Assembly (NCBI GenBank): GCA_907165135.1
Contig: OU015570.1
Span: forward strand, 1,302,001 to 1,366,000
Reading direction: 5' to 3'
DNA from: Oikopleura dioica
Lineage: Eukaryota > Animalia > Chordata
Length of the DNA stretch: 64,000 bases
In this document: positions 26,970 through 39,285 of the stretch, piece after piece
How the letters are laid out: the number at the start of each line of letters is the position of its first letter
Position numbering within the stretch: the first letter of the stretch is position 1
Notes under the pieces: generated by a model
Seen by the model: the letters and a program-made list of their open reading frames with translations, nothing else
What the model was told of the DNA's origin: nothing
Databases searched by the model: none
Position numbers and translations under genes: made by a program

Positions 26970-28334
26970 TTATTGTTCTTCAATGAAGTCCCAAACTTTT
27001 TCTGGTAGAGAATTGTGCTGGATGGAGTTTACGACTTGTAGAGATTCCGAATGTGAGATTTCTGCATGATTGATTCGGTAAGTTGAGTAATTGTGAGCAA
27101 GATCATTTGTGAAAATTTTGATGTGAGTCCTCGCGTATTCGAGCTGGTCGGAAATCGATTTTGAATCGGCTTCTAGAAATTTGAAAGCGATCCTTGAGGT
27201 GTAATATCGTTTTTCATAGATTGTTTGAAATTGTTTCATCAATTCGATGCGATTGTTTTTATCGACCAAAAGCTGATAGAGAATTGCTGTCTCACTTATC
27301 CAGTTGAGCAAACTGTCATGATTTTCAAAAAGCAATTCTTGAAGGTGATCGGTGTCAAAGTGAAAGTGATCTTTAAGGGACTTAGCTTCATTTTTCAATT
27401 CTTGCAAAAAGTCGAGCAGCGATTGCAAGTTTTCTTTTGAAATTGAGTTCGGTAAGAAGTGAATTGGAATAGTGACATCAAAGAGAGCAGGAATGATAAA
27501 GCGTTGAATGAGTCGCTTTGGAGGAGCGTCGTTTAGCAGGAAGAAATCATTTTTAAGGCTATAACCTCTCTGTTGGCCTCTCTGGAGAACGGACTTCCGT
27601 TGGTCGATTTCAAAAATTTAAGAAGCAAACATACTTGTTTTCTCCTAAAGAATTCAAAAATGCCATCAAAAAATACTTTTCTTTGGTAAATTTTTGCTCT
27701 AGAATCACTTAAAAATCGCCATTCGGTTTTCCGAGAAAACAAGAAGTTCTGAGATAGAATTAATCCGATAATAATATTAAATAGAGCATATTCTATGATC
27801 CTCACGGAAAAATATTCATGAAATTGTCCAAATTATGATTATAGTTCTCTCTTCTTTTAAACCTCTTTTGTTTATAGACTAACGCTCGAGATCCGCGCAG
27901 CCAATCAGAGCGCGATCAATCGCTTGACTCACACGCTCGCCAACAGCGCTCTCTTTCTGGCCTGGAGGATAGCACTCCGCGCAGCGCGTCCACGCGCATT
28001 TTTATCCTCAGGTGCCAGCACTAACATGGCCTTAGAATGGAAATTTGAAGAGCTATCGAAAATTTTTTCCGTGGGGATTGTAGAGAAGGCTTTAATCTAT
28101 TAATTGATCGAAAAAAATCTACCTCTGTAATGGTAAAATTCTTCGGAAAACCGAATGGCGTTTTTTAAATGATCGTAAAGTCGAAATTTCGAAAGAAAAG
28201 ATAATTTTTGATTGCATTTCTGAAATCTTCGATAGATTTTGAGTATATGAGACTTTTTAATTTTTGAAATCGACCAAGGGTAGTCGGTTTTCCAAAGAGG
28301 CCAAAAGAGAGGTTATAGCCTTAAGAGAGGCCAT
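26970..28334 (-). pseudogene. Accessory ORF (198 aa once the inserted MITE is removed), unknown family
   Basis: Removing 27557-28320 plus one TTAA joins ATG 28334 (MASLK) in frame to NDFFLLNDAPPKRLIQRF...DFIEEQ* (stop 26970). Confidence 0.6.
27557..28320. mobile_element. TTAA MITE with GG...CC ends (Kolobok-like)
   Basis: TTAA|GGCTATAACCTCTCT ... AGAGAGGTTATAGCC|TTAA. Confidence 0.85.
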
Positions 28335-29704
28335 TTTCGCGTTTTTCTCTTCAAAAAATAAGTATTGGACCGACCAGTACTCCTTTCAGAACCATATTTT
28401 TCTGAGGCTAGAATGCGCCATCGAGTGTATCTTCCGGACGTTGTGAGGTCATTCCGATAGTCAAAGTCGTGAGCTGGGCCTATCGTGATGGGTATTTTTC
28501 TGTTTACTTGTTTCCCCTTTTTATGTTTGAGCGAATGATCTTCACGAGCAGGAGATCGTAAATGAGCGCCAGTTTGGGAGCTTTTGATCATCACGAGCAG
28601 ATGATCTTTAAATGTGTACCTGTGATTCGAGCAGTTATCTAGTAGAACTTTGAGCAAAGATACAATTTAGAACAAAGAGCGAGTTCTTATTAGAAGAGAG
28701 TATGACACAATAAGCGATAGAAAGTTGTGAACAGAGCTGTGAGATTGTGAATATTTGAAGCAGATGTTAATTATTCTACTCTCTTGTGAAAACTTTGAAG
28801 CTAATGAGCGTTATAACTTCAATCTAAATTTAAAGGCATGTGAGCGTTTTATTTTATAGCAATAGAGCAAAATTGCTGCGAGCATTAAGTATTTTAGTGA
28901 GATAAAGTTCGTGAAAATTTAAATAGGGATTAATTAAGCCAACAAGCGGGGCGATTATTAAAATAAGCTTGTGAACAGAAAATTTAAGCATTGGAACCCT
29001 ATTGTTAAGAATATTTAAAGCATTTGAGCGAAGCTTTGAGCGGAACGTGTGATCGTGAATGCCTTGTTTTTCATAAAAGGACTTTCTGTGTGTGATTTTG
29101 GCAACTGCACCCATTGCCAAACATCTGCAGAAGGATGGACCAAGGTTCAGGAAAGAGGTGCTTATCGTGTGCGCAATTTATAAACACATTACCTGTGTTA
29201 TGAGAACATAAATCCACAGAGGCCTGCATGAAAACTTCATAATAACGATCTGGTTGAGCATTACCAGTAAGCTGGATTCCCATTTGAGTTTGATCGGGGA
29301 AGTGAAATTTTTCTTATGAGCCAATTTCCAGTTGTGCATTGAATCGCCGAAGTTGTGAGGAACCAATTAACCAATTGACATCGATGTCGTGTGAGCAGGG
29401 CTTTAGACTACAGAGAGAGCGAGCAATCTAGTTATGAGTAAACGGTGGCTAGATAATGGGAACCCATATCTGAGCACCACCACGTCGTAAAAATGTGACG
29501 ATTTAAGAGCGAGATAGTCGAGCAGCTATCTGTGAATCAGGTCGAGTTATGAGCAAAACTTCTAGACCATTATAGGGATTAGTCGAGCAGCTAATCATAG
29601 GACAACACTATCGTCGTGAGCGGAGACGATCTTTCCAAAAGTTGTCGTGAGCTGAGTCATCTCTATCACTTGGCTCTTTATGATCTTTATGACTCGTTAA
29701 CATC

Positions 29705-30010
29705 TTTTCATTCTTCTGAGCAGGAATGATCTCATCTCTATCAACAAGGAGCGATTGATCTTTATGAGAGCTAATTTTTGACTTTTCATTCTTCTGTGCA
29801 GGAATGATCTCATCTCTATCAACAAGGAGCGATTGATCTTTATGAAAGCTAATTTTCGACTTTTTATTCTTCTGAGCAGGAATGATCCCATCTCTATCAA
29901 CATGGAGCGGTTGATCTTTATGAGAGCTTACTTTTCACTTTTTATTCTCCTGAGCAGGAATGATCTCATCTCTATAAACAAGGAGCGGTTGATCTTTATG
30001 AGAGTTAACT
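29705..30010 (-). repeat. 78-bp tandem repeat (x4) encoding 26-aa units after the integrase GPF motif
   Basis: Units start at 29711, 29789, 29867 and 29945; translate as SHKDQ(P/S)LLVDRDEIIPAQKN(E/K)KSKIS. Confidence 0.85.
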
Positions 30011-33000
30011 TCAGACTTGATTTTAACTTCGTCTTTTAGGACTTTCCCTTGTAATTCGGCCACGTCATCTTCCTTGATAAATTCTGTTTTGTTTAAGGCA
30101 GTCTTTCGTTTGAGCGGTCGAATCAGACTGATATGACGCCGATATTCTTTCTTCGTGAATGGACATTTGATTATGTAGCTGTCCTTTGATAATCGTCGGT
30201 GAACTTTGAATGGACCTGACCAGTGAATTCCAAGTTTTCCAGAGTATAAATCTGGTTTCCAACAGAGTAAAGGAAGGAGTGCCAATTTCGAGAACTGGGC
30301 AATTATTTTTGTCTCTTTGAAGGAGTTTTTGGTATCTTTGAACTTGGAAGTTAAGTATCGCAGGATGGAGTTTCTTCATGTATTCATTTAGAGCAGTAAT
30401 GAATGGTTTGGAGTTTTCAGCAACTGGATCTTTTAGCGTGAATGGAATGTGAAATTGTCTCCCGTAGACAGCTTCGTTACTTGAGATTCCATCGAGACAT
30501 CCTTTTGGCATGTTATTAAGATAGTACTGAGCAAACGGCCAGTAATCAGACCATGAGCGGTTTGTTGCGAGTAGGACCTTGAGTTTTTGGTGCAAGTCGT
30601 GATGAGCTCGTTCAACTTTTCCTTTCGCCTTACTGTGATAAGCTGTTGTAGTTGAGTGATGAATTTCGAATCGATGAAGTATCGCTCTTGTTTTTGGTCC
30701 ACACTCACCACCATTATCAGAAACACAGTTCTGAGATATGCCATGACGAAGAACTAATTTGAGGAAAGCTTTTGCCACTAAGTTATCAGTTTTGTTCGAA
30801 AGTGGTTCGCCATCCAAATATCCAGTTAAACTATCGACACACGTGAGCAGGTATCGTTTTCCATTGCGATCAGTTCGTCCATAATCGACGAGATCTATGA
30901 ATACTTTTTCAAAGGGTAATTGAGCAAAAATTCTGTCCTTAATGAGCGATGGACGAAGCTCTTTGAGCGGCTTAAGTCGGATGCATGTTTCACACGAGCT
31001 GGTGATCGCTCTGACTTTTTGTTGAACATTACTGATGTAAAATCTTGTGAGCATTTGCACTAGCTGTTGACTTCCAGCATGAGCGGTTATTGTGTGCAAG
31101 TATTGTATAAATTCATCAGCAAGTGAACCTGGGAGAACAAGTCGATCACGAGAATAGAGCACATTGTCCTTGATCGTGAATCGCTTCTGATTTGGATTAA
31201 TTTGCGATTTGACAATTAAATTTCTCGTGTCCGTGCAGGCATTCTGAGCAGTTGCCATTTCTTCTGACGAAAATGAGCGATTTTCGAAAGAGAATATAAC
31301 ATCATCTTGTGAAAGAGCGTGAGCAGCAAATGTTGTGTCAGCGAAATCGAAGTAGTCTTCTGACTCTCTTTCTAGATCAACGGACTTTGATTTCGGTAAT
31401 CTGCTGAAGAAGTCGGCAGACGCCATTTCCGGACTTGATCCACTTTTATGTATGATGTTGAAATTCAATGAGAGCAGGTAGTGATGAACATTCACTAACT
31501 TTATGTCCAATTTTGATCGGCGCGCTTCACGGAACAGGAAGAGCAAACTTTTATGATCCACATAAACATCGAATTCAGTGTTAATTAGGTAGTATTCGGA
31601 AAACTGAACACCCCAACACAATGCAAAAAGTTCTTTAATACGCATTGGTTTTTTTGAGATCGGGACCCTGGAGAGCTTTTGAGAACTACCCAATAGTTGT
31701 GAATTGGTCATTTTCAACTTGATAAAGAGTTCCACCAACAGCTTGACCGGAAGAGTCAGTGACGAGTATGAGTTTACTTCCGGGCTTGAAATGAGCTAGT
31801 GTCGGTTCTTTTAGAAGTTCAATTTTAACTTTGTCGAATGCTTCTTGATGAGTAGGAGTCCATTCATATACGGCTTTGGCAGATGTGAGTCGATAGAGAG
31901 GTGCCAAAATTTCACTTCCTCGGTGAACATATTTTCAGTTGAAGGCGAGCATTCCAAGAAGTCTTTTAAGTTCAGCTTTGTCTTTTGGTGGCATCATATT
32001 TTTCACGGCTTCAAGATGCTTTTTAAGGGGTTTGATGCCAGCTGCAGTGATTCTGTGACCAATGAAGTCAAGTTCTTCACTTGCAAGCTTACACTTCTTT
32101 GCACTGAGGATAAGTCCATAATCCAAGCATGTTTTGAAGACATATTCTAATGAACGCAAATGATCTTCCCAATTAGAGTCAATGATAATCAAATCATCAA
32201 GATATAGGATGATTGATGGATGGTTCATGAGTTTCTTCATGATTCGGCTGAATGCTGCAGGAGCGTTGCACGATCCATAAAGCATCCGGTTGCATTAAAA
32301 GTGCTGATTATCATAACTGAATGCCATTTTGTGTGCATCAGACTCGTTGATTAAGACTTGCCAATATCCTCTGTGACAATCGACTGAACTTATGAAGCAC
32401 TCCTTACCACTTGTGAGTCGTTCCCCTATTGCAATGAAAATAGTCTGCATGTGAGCAATTGGGAATCGATCTTTCTCAAGAAGTGAGTTTATTCCTCGTG
32501 CGTCAAGGCTGATTCTGATTGTATTGTCGCCTTTTCGAAGAATAATAAGTGGAATATTAAATGATGATTGAGTTTCCTGAATAATTCTGAGTTGCTTCCA
32601 TTTTTCGATTTCTTCTTGAATTTGAGCTTGTGAATGGATAGGAATAGGCCTTGGAGGTTGATGAAAGGATTTTGTTTCATCGAAGAGCGGAAGTGTATAT
32701 CGGAATCCAAATAGTCTGCCAAGATCATCGCTATCCATATTGAAGCTTAGCCTGTACTTGTGAATGAGTTTATCTAATTGAGCTTTTGTCGAGGAGTCGA
32801 TGAGCCGTATGAACCAATTTCTGGAAAGAAGTTTGTCTTCTGAGCGAGTTTAGATCTTCTTTCGATGAATTCCTGTTTGAAGTAAGTCTGATGAGTAGGG
32901 ATCAATTGTTGGTATGGTTTTGTTTTGGAGTGTGATTGAGTTATCTCCTATCGTGATGTTTTTGACCGTGTCCATACCAAGAATAATTGGACATGATAAG

Positions 33001-33270
33001 TTCTGAACTATGAGCGGGTTCAGTTTCAGCTTGAGCGGTGCTGATGATGTCTCAAGTGTGGCCTCAATTAGTGAATCAAGCGTCTTCACTGTGACGATTT
33101 CAGAATTCGCACACTTAAGAGTGATATTTGACGGTTTTTGATAGATGGATGCAGGAAGAAGAGCGAGAACATCTGAGCAGATGCATGTTCTACTGCAACC
33201 ATAATCAATGAGAGCGGGTAATCGGAGTCCATTTAGCAAGATTTTGACGTATTTCAGCGAGGCGGGAGCA
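29935..33270 (-). pseudogene. pol: Gypsy pol (protease, RT, RNase H, integrase), disrupted
   Basis: Protease LIDYGCS (D-S/T-G altered to DYG); RT LYLDDL; RH VTDSS and ELFAL; IN H..H..CETC, IDLVD, SDNG, KVER; WSGPF. In-frame stops (QHF*CNR, AFN*KY, IG*FSK) and frameshifts. Confidence 0.9.
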
Positions 33271-33308
33271 AAGTTAACGTATTTACACGTTTCTGTTGAC
33301 TGAGCTAG

Positions 33309-34130
33309 TCATGCCTCATTTTTGAGCGCGTCCTTGATTTCTTTTGGGACCTTTTCGCTGTGAATGTACTTGCATTTTGAGCCGAATCTACACTTTTGAT
33401 GCTTTGTGTAGGTGATGCAGTGTCCGTCAAGTTTCTTCAGAATTTCCTTTGAAAGTCGTCGCCTTGAGACTTTTTTCTTCTTTTCTGGAGCATTTGACAT
33501 AGTCGCGACGATTTCTTTAAGCTTCGAGCAGAGCTGTGAGAGCTTCGAGCAGAGCTGTGAATGTTTTGAGTTTAAAACTCTTGATTGATCATTAGCGGCT
33601 ATTATATTGTGTTTATGAGAATAGATCATTCTTTAGCACGCTGAGAAATATTTCGAAGATTGAGCAATATTTTTTCCCGTTTGAGCAGTTCCATGAGCCG
33701 AGGTTCATTTGCATAGCAGAACCGTACACGAATTTGGGCACCTCTTTGGAATGAGTTTCTATGTGAATTCAAATCTAAAGTCTTCCCGGAATGATAATTA
33801 AAATCAAGGAACTTTGAACTTCTTCTTTTAGGATTTGAATAATGACGACCTTGATGATTTCTTCTGAGATGAGCGATCATTTGATTGGTAAGTTTCATGA
33901 TGGACACATTAATTTTGAGTTGTCGTTTTCAGGAATTTGATCATCAGTTTGATATCCGGTTGAGGTGATTTTTTTTCTTTTTGAGAGCAATGAGATTCCG
34001 GTTATCTGTTCAAAGTCCGTTTTGTAATCGGATCTGGTTGATTTTAAGCACAATCAGGATCATTTCAAAATATCAATTTTTTTCCGGAACTTAAACTTCT
34101 TATCATATTTATCGAGAAAATTGGGTTTAA
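33309..34130 (-). pseudogene. gag: Gypsy gag remnant with CCCH zinc finger
   Basis: Fragmented ORFs upstream of the protease; C-x8-C-x5-C-x3-H (CITYTKHQKCRFGSKCKYIH) at 33360-33419. Confidence 0.6.
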
Positions 34131-34273
34131 TTGCCTGAAGATTCATAACAATGCCCGTTTTATCGAATAAATAAAGATAAATAAGTATATATTCGCGGAG
34201 CGTCATTGATAAGTTCACGGGAAATTTATCTCTAGTATCTCTCTTATATCTTTCTTGTTGGGCGTACCGATTA

Positions 34274-34285
34274 ATTCAGTCACCA
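34274..34285 (-). promoter_or_regulatory. Primer-binding site TGGTGACTGAAT
   Basis: Starts with TGG a few nt inside the 5' LTR; same motif at 17218 and 52298. Confidence 0.7.
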
Positions 34286-34752
34286 AAATATATGGTGGTT
34301 TTATACTAAATATAATTGGAACACGGGAATCAATCTCGAATATGCAATATTTAAAATATATATATTATATTTTATGTTATACCTGTGAAGTCAGGGAAAA
34401 GAATGATAAAATTTTAGAGGTACAGTCGTTTTTGTAGTGTAGGACACCACTCATCGGTGGCACGGACTTAGACTTGATCGTACGAACTCGGCGTTGGCCA
34501 TATTTTGTTTGTCTTCCAGTAAGAGGGTCCTCCGGGAGGTCCTCCGGCAATAAATGGCCAAATATGGCAATTACTTTCTATTCAAGGCATCATTTTTCAT
34601 TTGTATTTAATTTTTAAATATTTGTCTTCCAGCAACCTGTCTTCCAGCAGAAGGGTCCTCCGGGAGGTCCTCCGGCACAAACTGACCGAAGTTGGCCTAA
34701 AGTGTCCCTTAACTGGCCGAGGAAGGTCATTTATTCATTTATTTTGATCATT

Positions 34753-35093
34753 TTGAATTGATTTCGTTTATTTTTGTTTAAGCTTTCGGACTTGTTTGTC
34801 CATCTTCAGAAACTAGTAGAAACATAAAAGATAGTCAGAACAAAGTAGTCTTACCAGTGAGTGGCAGAGATAACAATTTTGCACACTACAGACAGAATGA
34901 AAAAATAAACGGCAGAAAAGAGTTATCTAGAGACATTTCACAACAATTGAAAAAGATTTGATGGGCGAAATTGTTGTGAAATAACTCACTGGTAAGATGA
35001 CTTTGTTCTGACTATCTTTTATGTTTCTACTAGTTTCTGAAGATGGACAAACAAGTCCGAAAGCTTAAACAAAAATAAACGAAATCAATTCAA
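34753..35093. mobile_element. Palindromic MITE (~105-bp TIRs) inserted in the right arm
   Basis: TTGAATTGATTTCG...CTTACCAGTGAGT is mirrored at 34985-35093; absent from the left arm. Confidence 0.8.
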
Positions 35094-35563
35094 TAAAAGA
35101 TGTCATCTTCGAGAGAATATTTTAATCATGACAAAAAAAAAGGGCGAAAAAATGGCCAAAAAATGGTATGTTTGGACCTACAGCTCGAAATTTTCTTCTT
35201 ATTTATAATCGTTTTTTCCTGATTCTAGTGTAAAAATGTCTGCTCTTTCATCCTATCATGCCAGAATTATGAAAAGGGGGTTATCCGACGAAATGCGGAG
35301 CCGAAAACTAGAAAATGCACAATTTTCACGATTTTGACCCCCTGAAAATCGTCTCCCCCAAAAATTTCACCTCCACTTATAAAAACACCCCCGCACAGCT
35401 AGAAAAAATGACGATTTTTCTAATGCAAAGCCTACCTATATATTTAGGGTGGTCGCACAAAAAACATATAATATATTATATATAGGTAGATAGCAAATTA
35501 AAGACAGAAAAAGGCTAAAAAATATCAAAAATTCTCTGTACTTAAGGGGGTAGAAACAGCTAT

Positions 35564-35778
35564 TTCGGGCCGTCTCAGCCCTGTTCCATGATTTTTTAAT
35601 TTAAGGGGCTTGACGGCCCTTCGGGCTGTCTCAGCCCTGTTCCATGATTTTTAATTTAAGGGGCTTGACGGCCCTTCGGGCCGTCTCAGCCCTGTTCCAT
35701 TATTTTCTAATTTAAGGGCTTGACGGCCCTTCGGGCCGTCTCAGCCCTGTTCCATGATTTTTTAATTTAAGGGGCTTG
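35564..35778. repeat. 56-bp hairpin satellite (~4 units)
   Basis: Repeats of GGGCCGTCTCAGCCCTGTTCCATGATTTTTAATTTAAGGGGCTTGACGGCCCTTC. Confidence 0.85.
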
Positions 35779-36444
35779 ATTTAAATGTTGTCGGTTTTCC
35801 AACACTGGGAAGCCCTAATTATGCACGTTCTAGCGAACCAAGTTCAATCCATTCATGTTGTTGGTATCAGGAGAAAGCTTGAATCATGGTGAGGAAAATG
35901 ATTATGTACTTTATTACATAAAAATTTATCTCCGAAAACTTCATTTAAATTCTTCATTGAAATAAAAATCGGTCAGGGAGATTATTTTTGTCGCCGGATG
36001 AAAAGGCTCGAAACCCACGATGGTCTCGTGAGAACTCGCACGCCGCCGGCGCCGTCGATTTTTTCATTTGCAGTTCTCAATTTTTCCCGCATAACTTGAA
36101 TCCGTAAGTTGCCGCCGCAGCATCAGATCGAGGTGTATGCATAGCTGACATTGTTTAATGAAAATTGTAAATTTATGCCGGTGAAATGATGCTGACAGTA
36201 CAGTCAGGGCTCGATATCTCGGATTTGGCAAAAAGTGGACCGGGAAGCCGAAAATGGTCAGAAATAGTCATCAGCGTTTTGTAACACTACTAGTAATGAC
36301 TTTTCGGCCTTACATATGAAAGCTGCACCATTGAAAAGCATATTTAATTATTTACAAATCGTAGTTATCGCGCAAAACTGAATCTGTACTTATAAGGGAT
36401 ACAGGTTAGATCAACAAAACTTCTTAGCACGCGCTCAGCGGGAA

Positions 36445-36850
36445 TTATGCCAACTTGGCATAATCCTCGACTTCTCCAATCGATTCACTAACATAAGCTT
36501 TTCCAGCCATGAAAAACATGAGCTTTATGAAACAGCTGCGAGCGAAAATTTCTTTGTATTCTCTTATATCGAAATCTTCTTCAAACTCTCCATCCTCATT
36601 TTTCGCGGGAACTGCAAGTTTTTCAAGTTCCTCCACCTTCGCTTATGAACTCTGAGTTCTTAGATTTACAGTCGCCTTCGCAGCGGGCGTATCCACTGTG
36701 ATCGCCATTTTCTTTGAAGCCGAAAAGGAATCCTTTAATATTCCAACCTTCGTATTCATCGAGTACTTTCTGTACTCGGAGAAGAGTTTTATTATCTTTC
36801 GCCTTCGCAAATTGAACTGACAAATTCTCTACTCTTTTGCGTTTTGCCAT
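36445..36850 (-). pseudogene. Frameshifted ~135-aa ORF of unknown family
   Basis: ATG at 36850 (MAKRKRVENL...) overlaps a second charged ORF (EELEKLAVP...) offset by one frame near 36630. Confidence 0.4.
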
Positions 36851-36944
36851 ATTTAGCTTTTAAGAACTCGCCCGCGGCAAAAAAAACAAAAAAGTGATAT
36901 CTAGAATAATTTTGACTGAATTGATCTCGAAACTTTTTTCACCT

Positions 36945-37105
36945 TTTCAATGGTGGTGGTGGGGTGATTTTACACCATCACTTTTTTCAGTGGTGGTGGT
37001 GGGGTGATTTTTCACAATCACTTTTTTTTCGGTGGTGGTGGTGGGGTGATTTTTTCCACCACAGATCACCCCACCATTTTCCTGTGGTGGGGTGAAAATG
37101 GTGTG
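36945..37105. repeat. GGT-rich short tandem repeat (GGTGGTGGTGGGGTGATTTT x3-4)
   Basis: Direct inspection. Confidence 0.75.
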
Positions 37106-38189
37106 GTGATTTACATCCCTGATGCCAAGGGAGCCCAAAGTAGCTATCTCGGAGCGTCATGCCGCGCCGCGGCATGCTAAGCGCGCTAAGTTCTCTTATT
37201 AATAACTTATAAAATTATGGCCCATATATCCGCAATTAGAACTGTTTCATTTTTGCGCGATCGGTAAGATTTGTGGAGAATTTAAAAAGCTTTTCAATGG
37301 TGCAGGTTTAATGAAGATTGAAAAATTATTGCAGGCGCACAAACCTCTTGAAGATGCGCTCCCTCTATTTGACTTCGCTTTTGAACGAGTGATGATAGAA
37401 AAAAAACTGAGAAAAGTATGACTCATACTGTATGAGAAAGATGAGGATCTGTCGATATCAAAGGCAAAAAAATTTTTCACAAGAGTAACGACGGGCGCCT
37501 GAAATTAAGCTCGGCTTTACAAAACCGGGTCCCAATAAGTTAGGGTCCGGCATGATTAGGACCAAAAATTTAATTTCAATGAAACTTCACGATTCCACTA
37601 ATTTGACCCTAAGGAATTCCATTCCGGTCACTGATTCTCCCAAAAACCCCAGATTAAGCCCTTTTCAGGACTTAAATAAAAATTTAAATGTAGAGCCAAG
37701 TGCGCTCTGATTAGTCAGCTCCGCCGAGCGATTTTTATTGCTGTCAGAATCGTCCCTTGGTGGCTCAAATATTAGCGCTCTCGCTTGATAAGCAAGAGGT
37801 GGTGAGATCGAGTTCCCTAAAATCGATTTTTTCATTTACAATTGAATCTTCCTTCAAGTGGAAGACCATAAAATGTACAGACACGATTTTCCGAGCAGAA
37901 ATACAAGTAATGATAATTATTGAATAATTTTAATTGTATGATGGAATTATTTTCATTTTTATGTAAACGGATGTGGGTGGGGTTGGGGAAAAAACTGAGA
38001 TTGATCACCTCAAATTGAATGCCTTTGTCAAGCCCTTTAAAGTTAAAAATCAAGGAACGGGGCTGAGACGGCTCTCCATATGACAAGGGATTAAAATTTT
38101 TTTATCGAGAAAGAGCTTTTTCACCAACAAGGACAAAATCGCAGAAGCATAGAATCATCTTCCCTCGAAATTTCTTAAGGGACTAGGCC

Positions 38190-38490
38190 GAGTGAGCGTC
38201 GCGCGCCATTTTCTCTTTTCTAACTTTCGCCAGGAAGCCCGAATTTTTAATTCGAATTTAATAAAATTTGGTATACAAACTAAACTTTTTATTCTCTTTC
38301 CTCTCCGACTTTTAGAATTTTGATATCTTGCCGACGAGCTGAGTTATGATCGAAAAACAGATGCTTGAATTCAAGTGTACATAAGTACTCGAAATATTCG
38401 GATTGACAATTTGAGACCAAGTCCATTGAAAAGCCTGTGGTCTCTTCTACAAAGTCTACTAAATGAGGTTTCCCGGAAACGTCTATTTAC
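38190..38490 (-). repeat. Repeat with conserved coding tail; inverted copy at 52740-53040
   Basis: Both copies end in ...CQSEYF(E/K)YLCTLEFKHLFFDHNSARRQDIK(I/S)LKV(G/E)EE(R/K)E*. Confidence 0.65.
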
Positions 38491-39285
38491 CTGATTATCG
38501 AGGGATTACTGTGGGTCACCTGGAGCGCTCGGCGTGAAATGCGGTGTTTTTGCACTATTGGCACGCGATTCCCGCTGCGTTCGATAAGATAACCTGGATT
38601 ACCCGCGAAGTAATCAGCAAACAATTCACTTCCAGGAAATCTAAATTACCGATGAAAGTAGGGGGTTGCCCTGGAAAGAAGCCCGAATTTGCGACACCAT
38701 GCGGGCGGATATCTTTTTCCTTCAGCAGCGGAGGACTCCACCGGGGGTTGCTGGAAGAATTCGATTATTTGAGAAGAAATCTTTTCTCACTAAATTTTTT
38801 TTTATTTTTGACAATGTGACCAATGGAGGACCCTGGAGGACCAACAATGCTGGAAACCAGTAGTTTGCTGGAAGATAAATTTGAAAATGATTTTTTTCAC
38901 AGATTTAATCAACTTTTGTGATAAAATTTATCATGAAAGATCAAAATGGCTTTTTAAGGGCTCGTTCCGAACAAATTATCATCATTCGACTCAATAAAAA
39001 ATTATCTTTATTTTTCAATTTTCTTCTTTTTTTTCAAAGAGAGAATAGAGAAAACAACCAAAGAATGAACCCTCAGTCGATTCGGCATCTGATGGGACCC
39101 GGCCTCAAACCGTCATTACCGACCGGTTCTAGTGTCCAGTAATTTTCGAAACCGGTCGGTTCGAAAAATTAACCTCGTTGATGCCTAACAACATGCAATA
39201 AGCAGAAAAATATAATCCCGTCGATAAACGCCTCAAAAAAAGTTCCAAAATTTCATCGATTTGGGTTCTTCACGGACTTTTAGTT

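Larger units (their letters stand above)
26527..34503 (-). mobile_element. Decayed Ty3/Gypsy LTR retrotransposon with 3' accessory ORFs
   Basis: 3' LTR 26527-26918 (TG..CA) preceded by purine tract AAAAATAAAAAGAGAAAA; truncated 5' LTR 34293-34503; PBS at 34274-34285; gene order gag-PR-RT-RH-IN. Confidence 0.9.
16254..35434 (+). mobile_element. Long-TIR DNA transposon (hAT/P-like, 8-bp TSD)
   Basis: TIR TAGGCTTTGCATTAGAAAAA; exact 8-bp TSD CCTATATA (16246-16253 and 35435-35442). Left arm 16254-~18300 is mirrored by 25545-26520 plus 34503-35434; transposase remnant between the arms. Confidence 0.8.
15988..35807. mobile_element. hAT-type MITE expanded to 19.8 kb by nested insertions
   Basis: TIR CAGTGTTGGAAAA ... 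TTTTCCAACACTG with exact 8-bp TSD GGAAGCCC (15980-15987 and 35808-35815); same family as 61500-62737. Confidence 0.8.

Noticed and set aside
26970-27530. env / class I fusion protein (RLIQR-FIIPALF followed by a heptad-like stretch)
   Set aside because: The restored ORF starts only ~22 codons upstream, lacks a signal peptide, and ends without a TM anchor.
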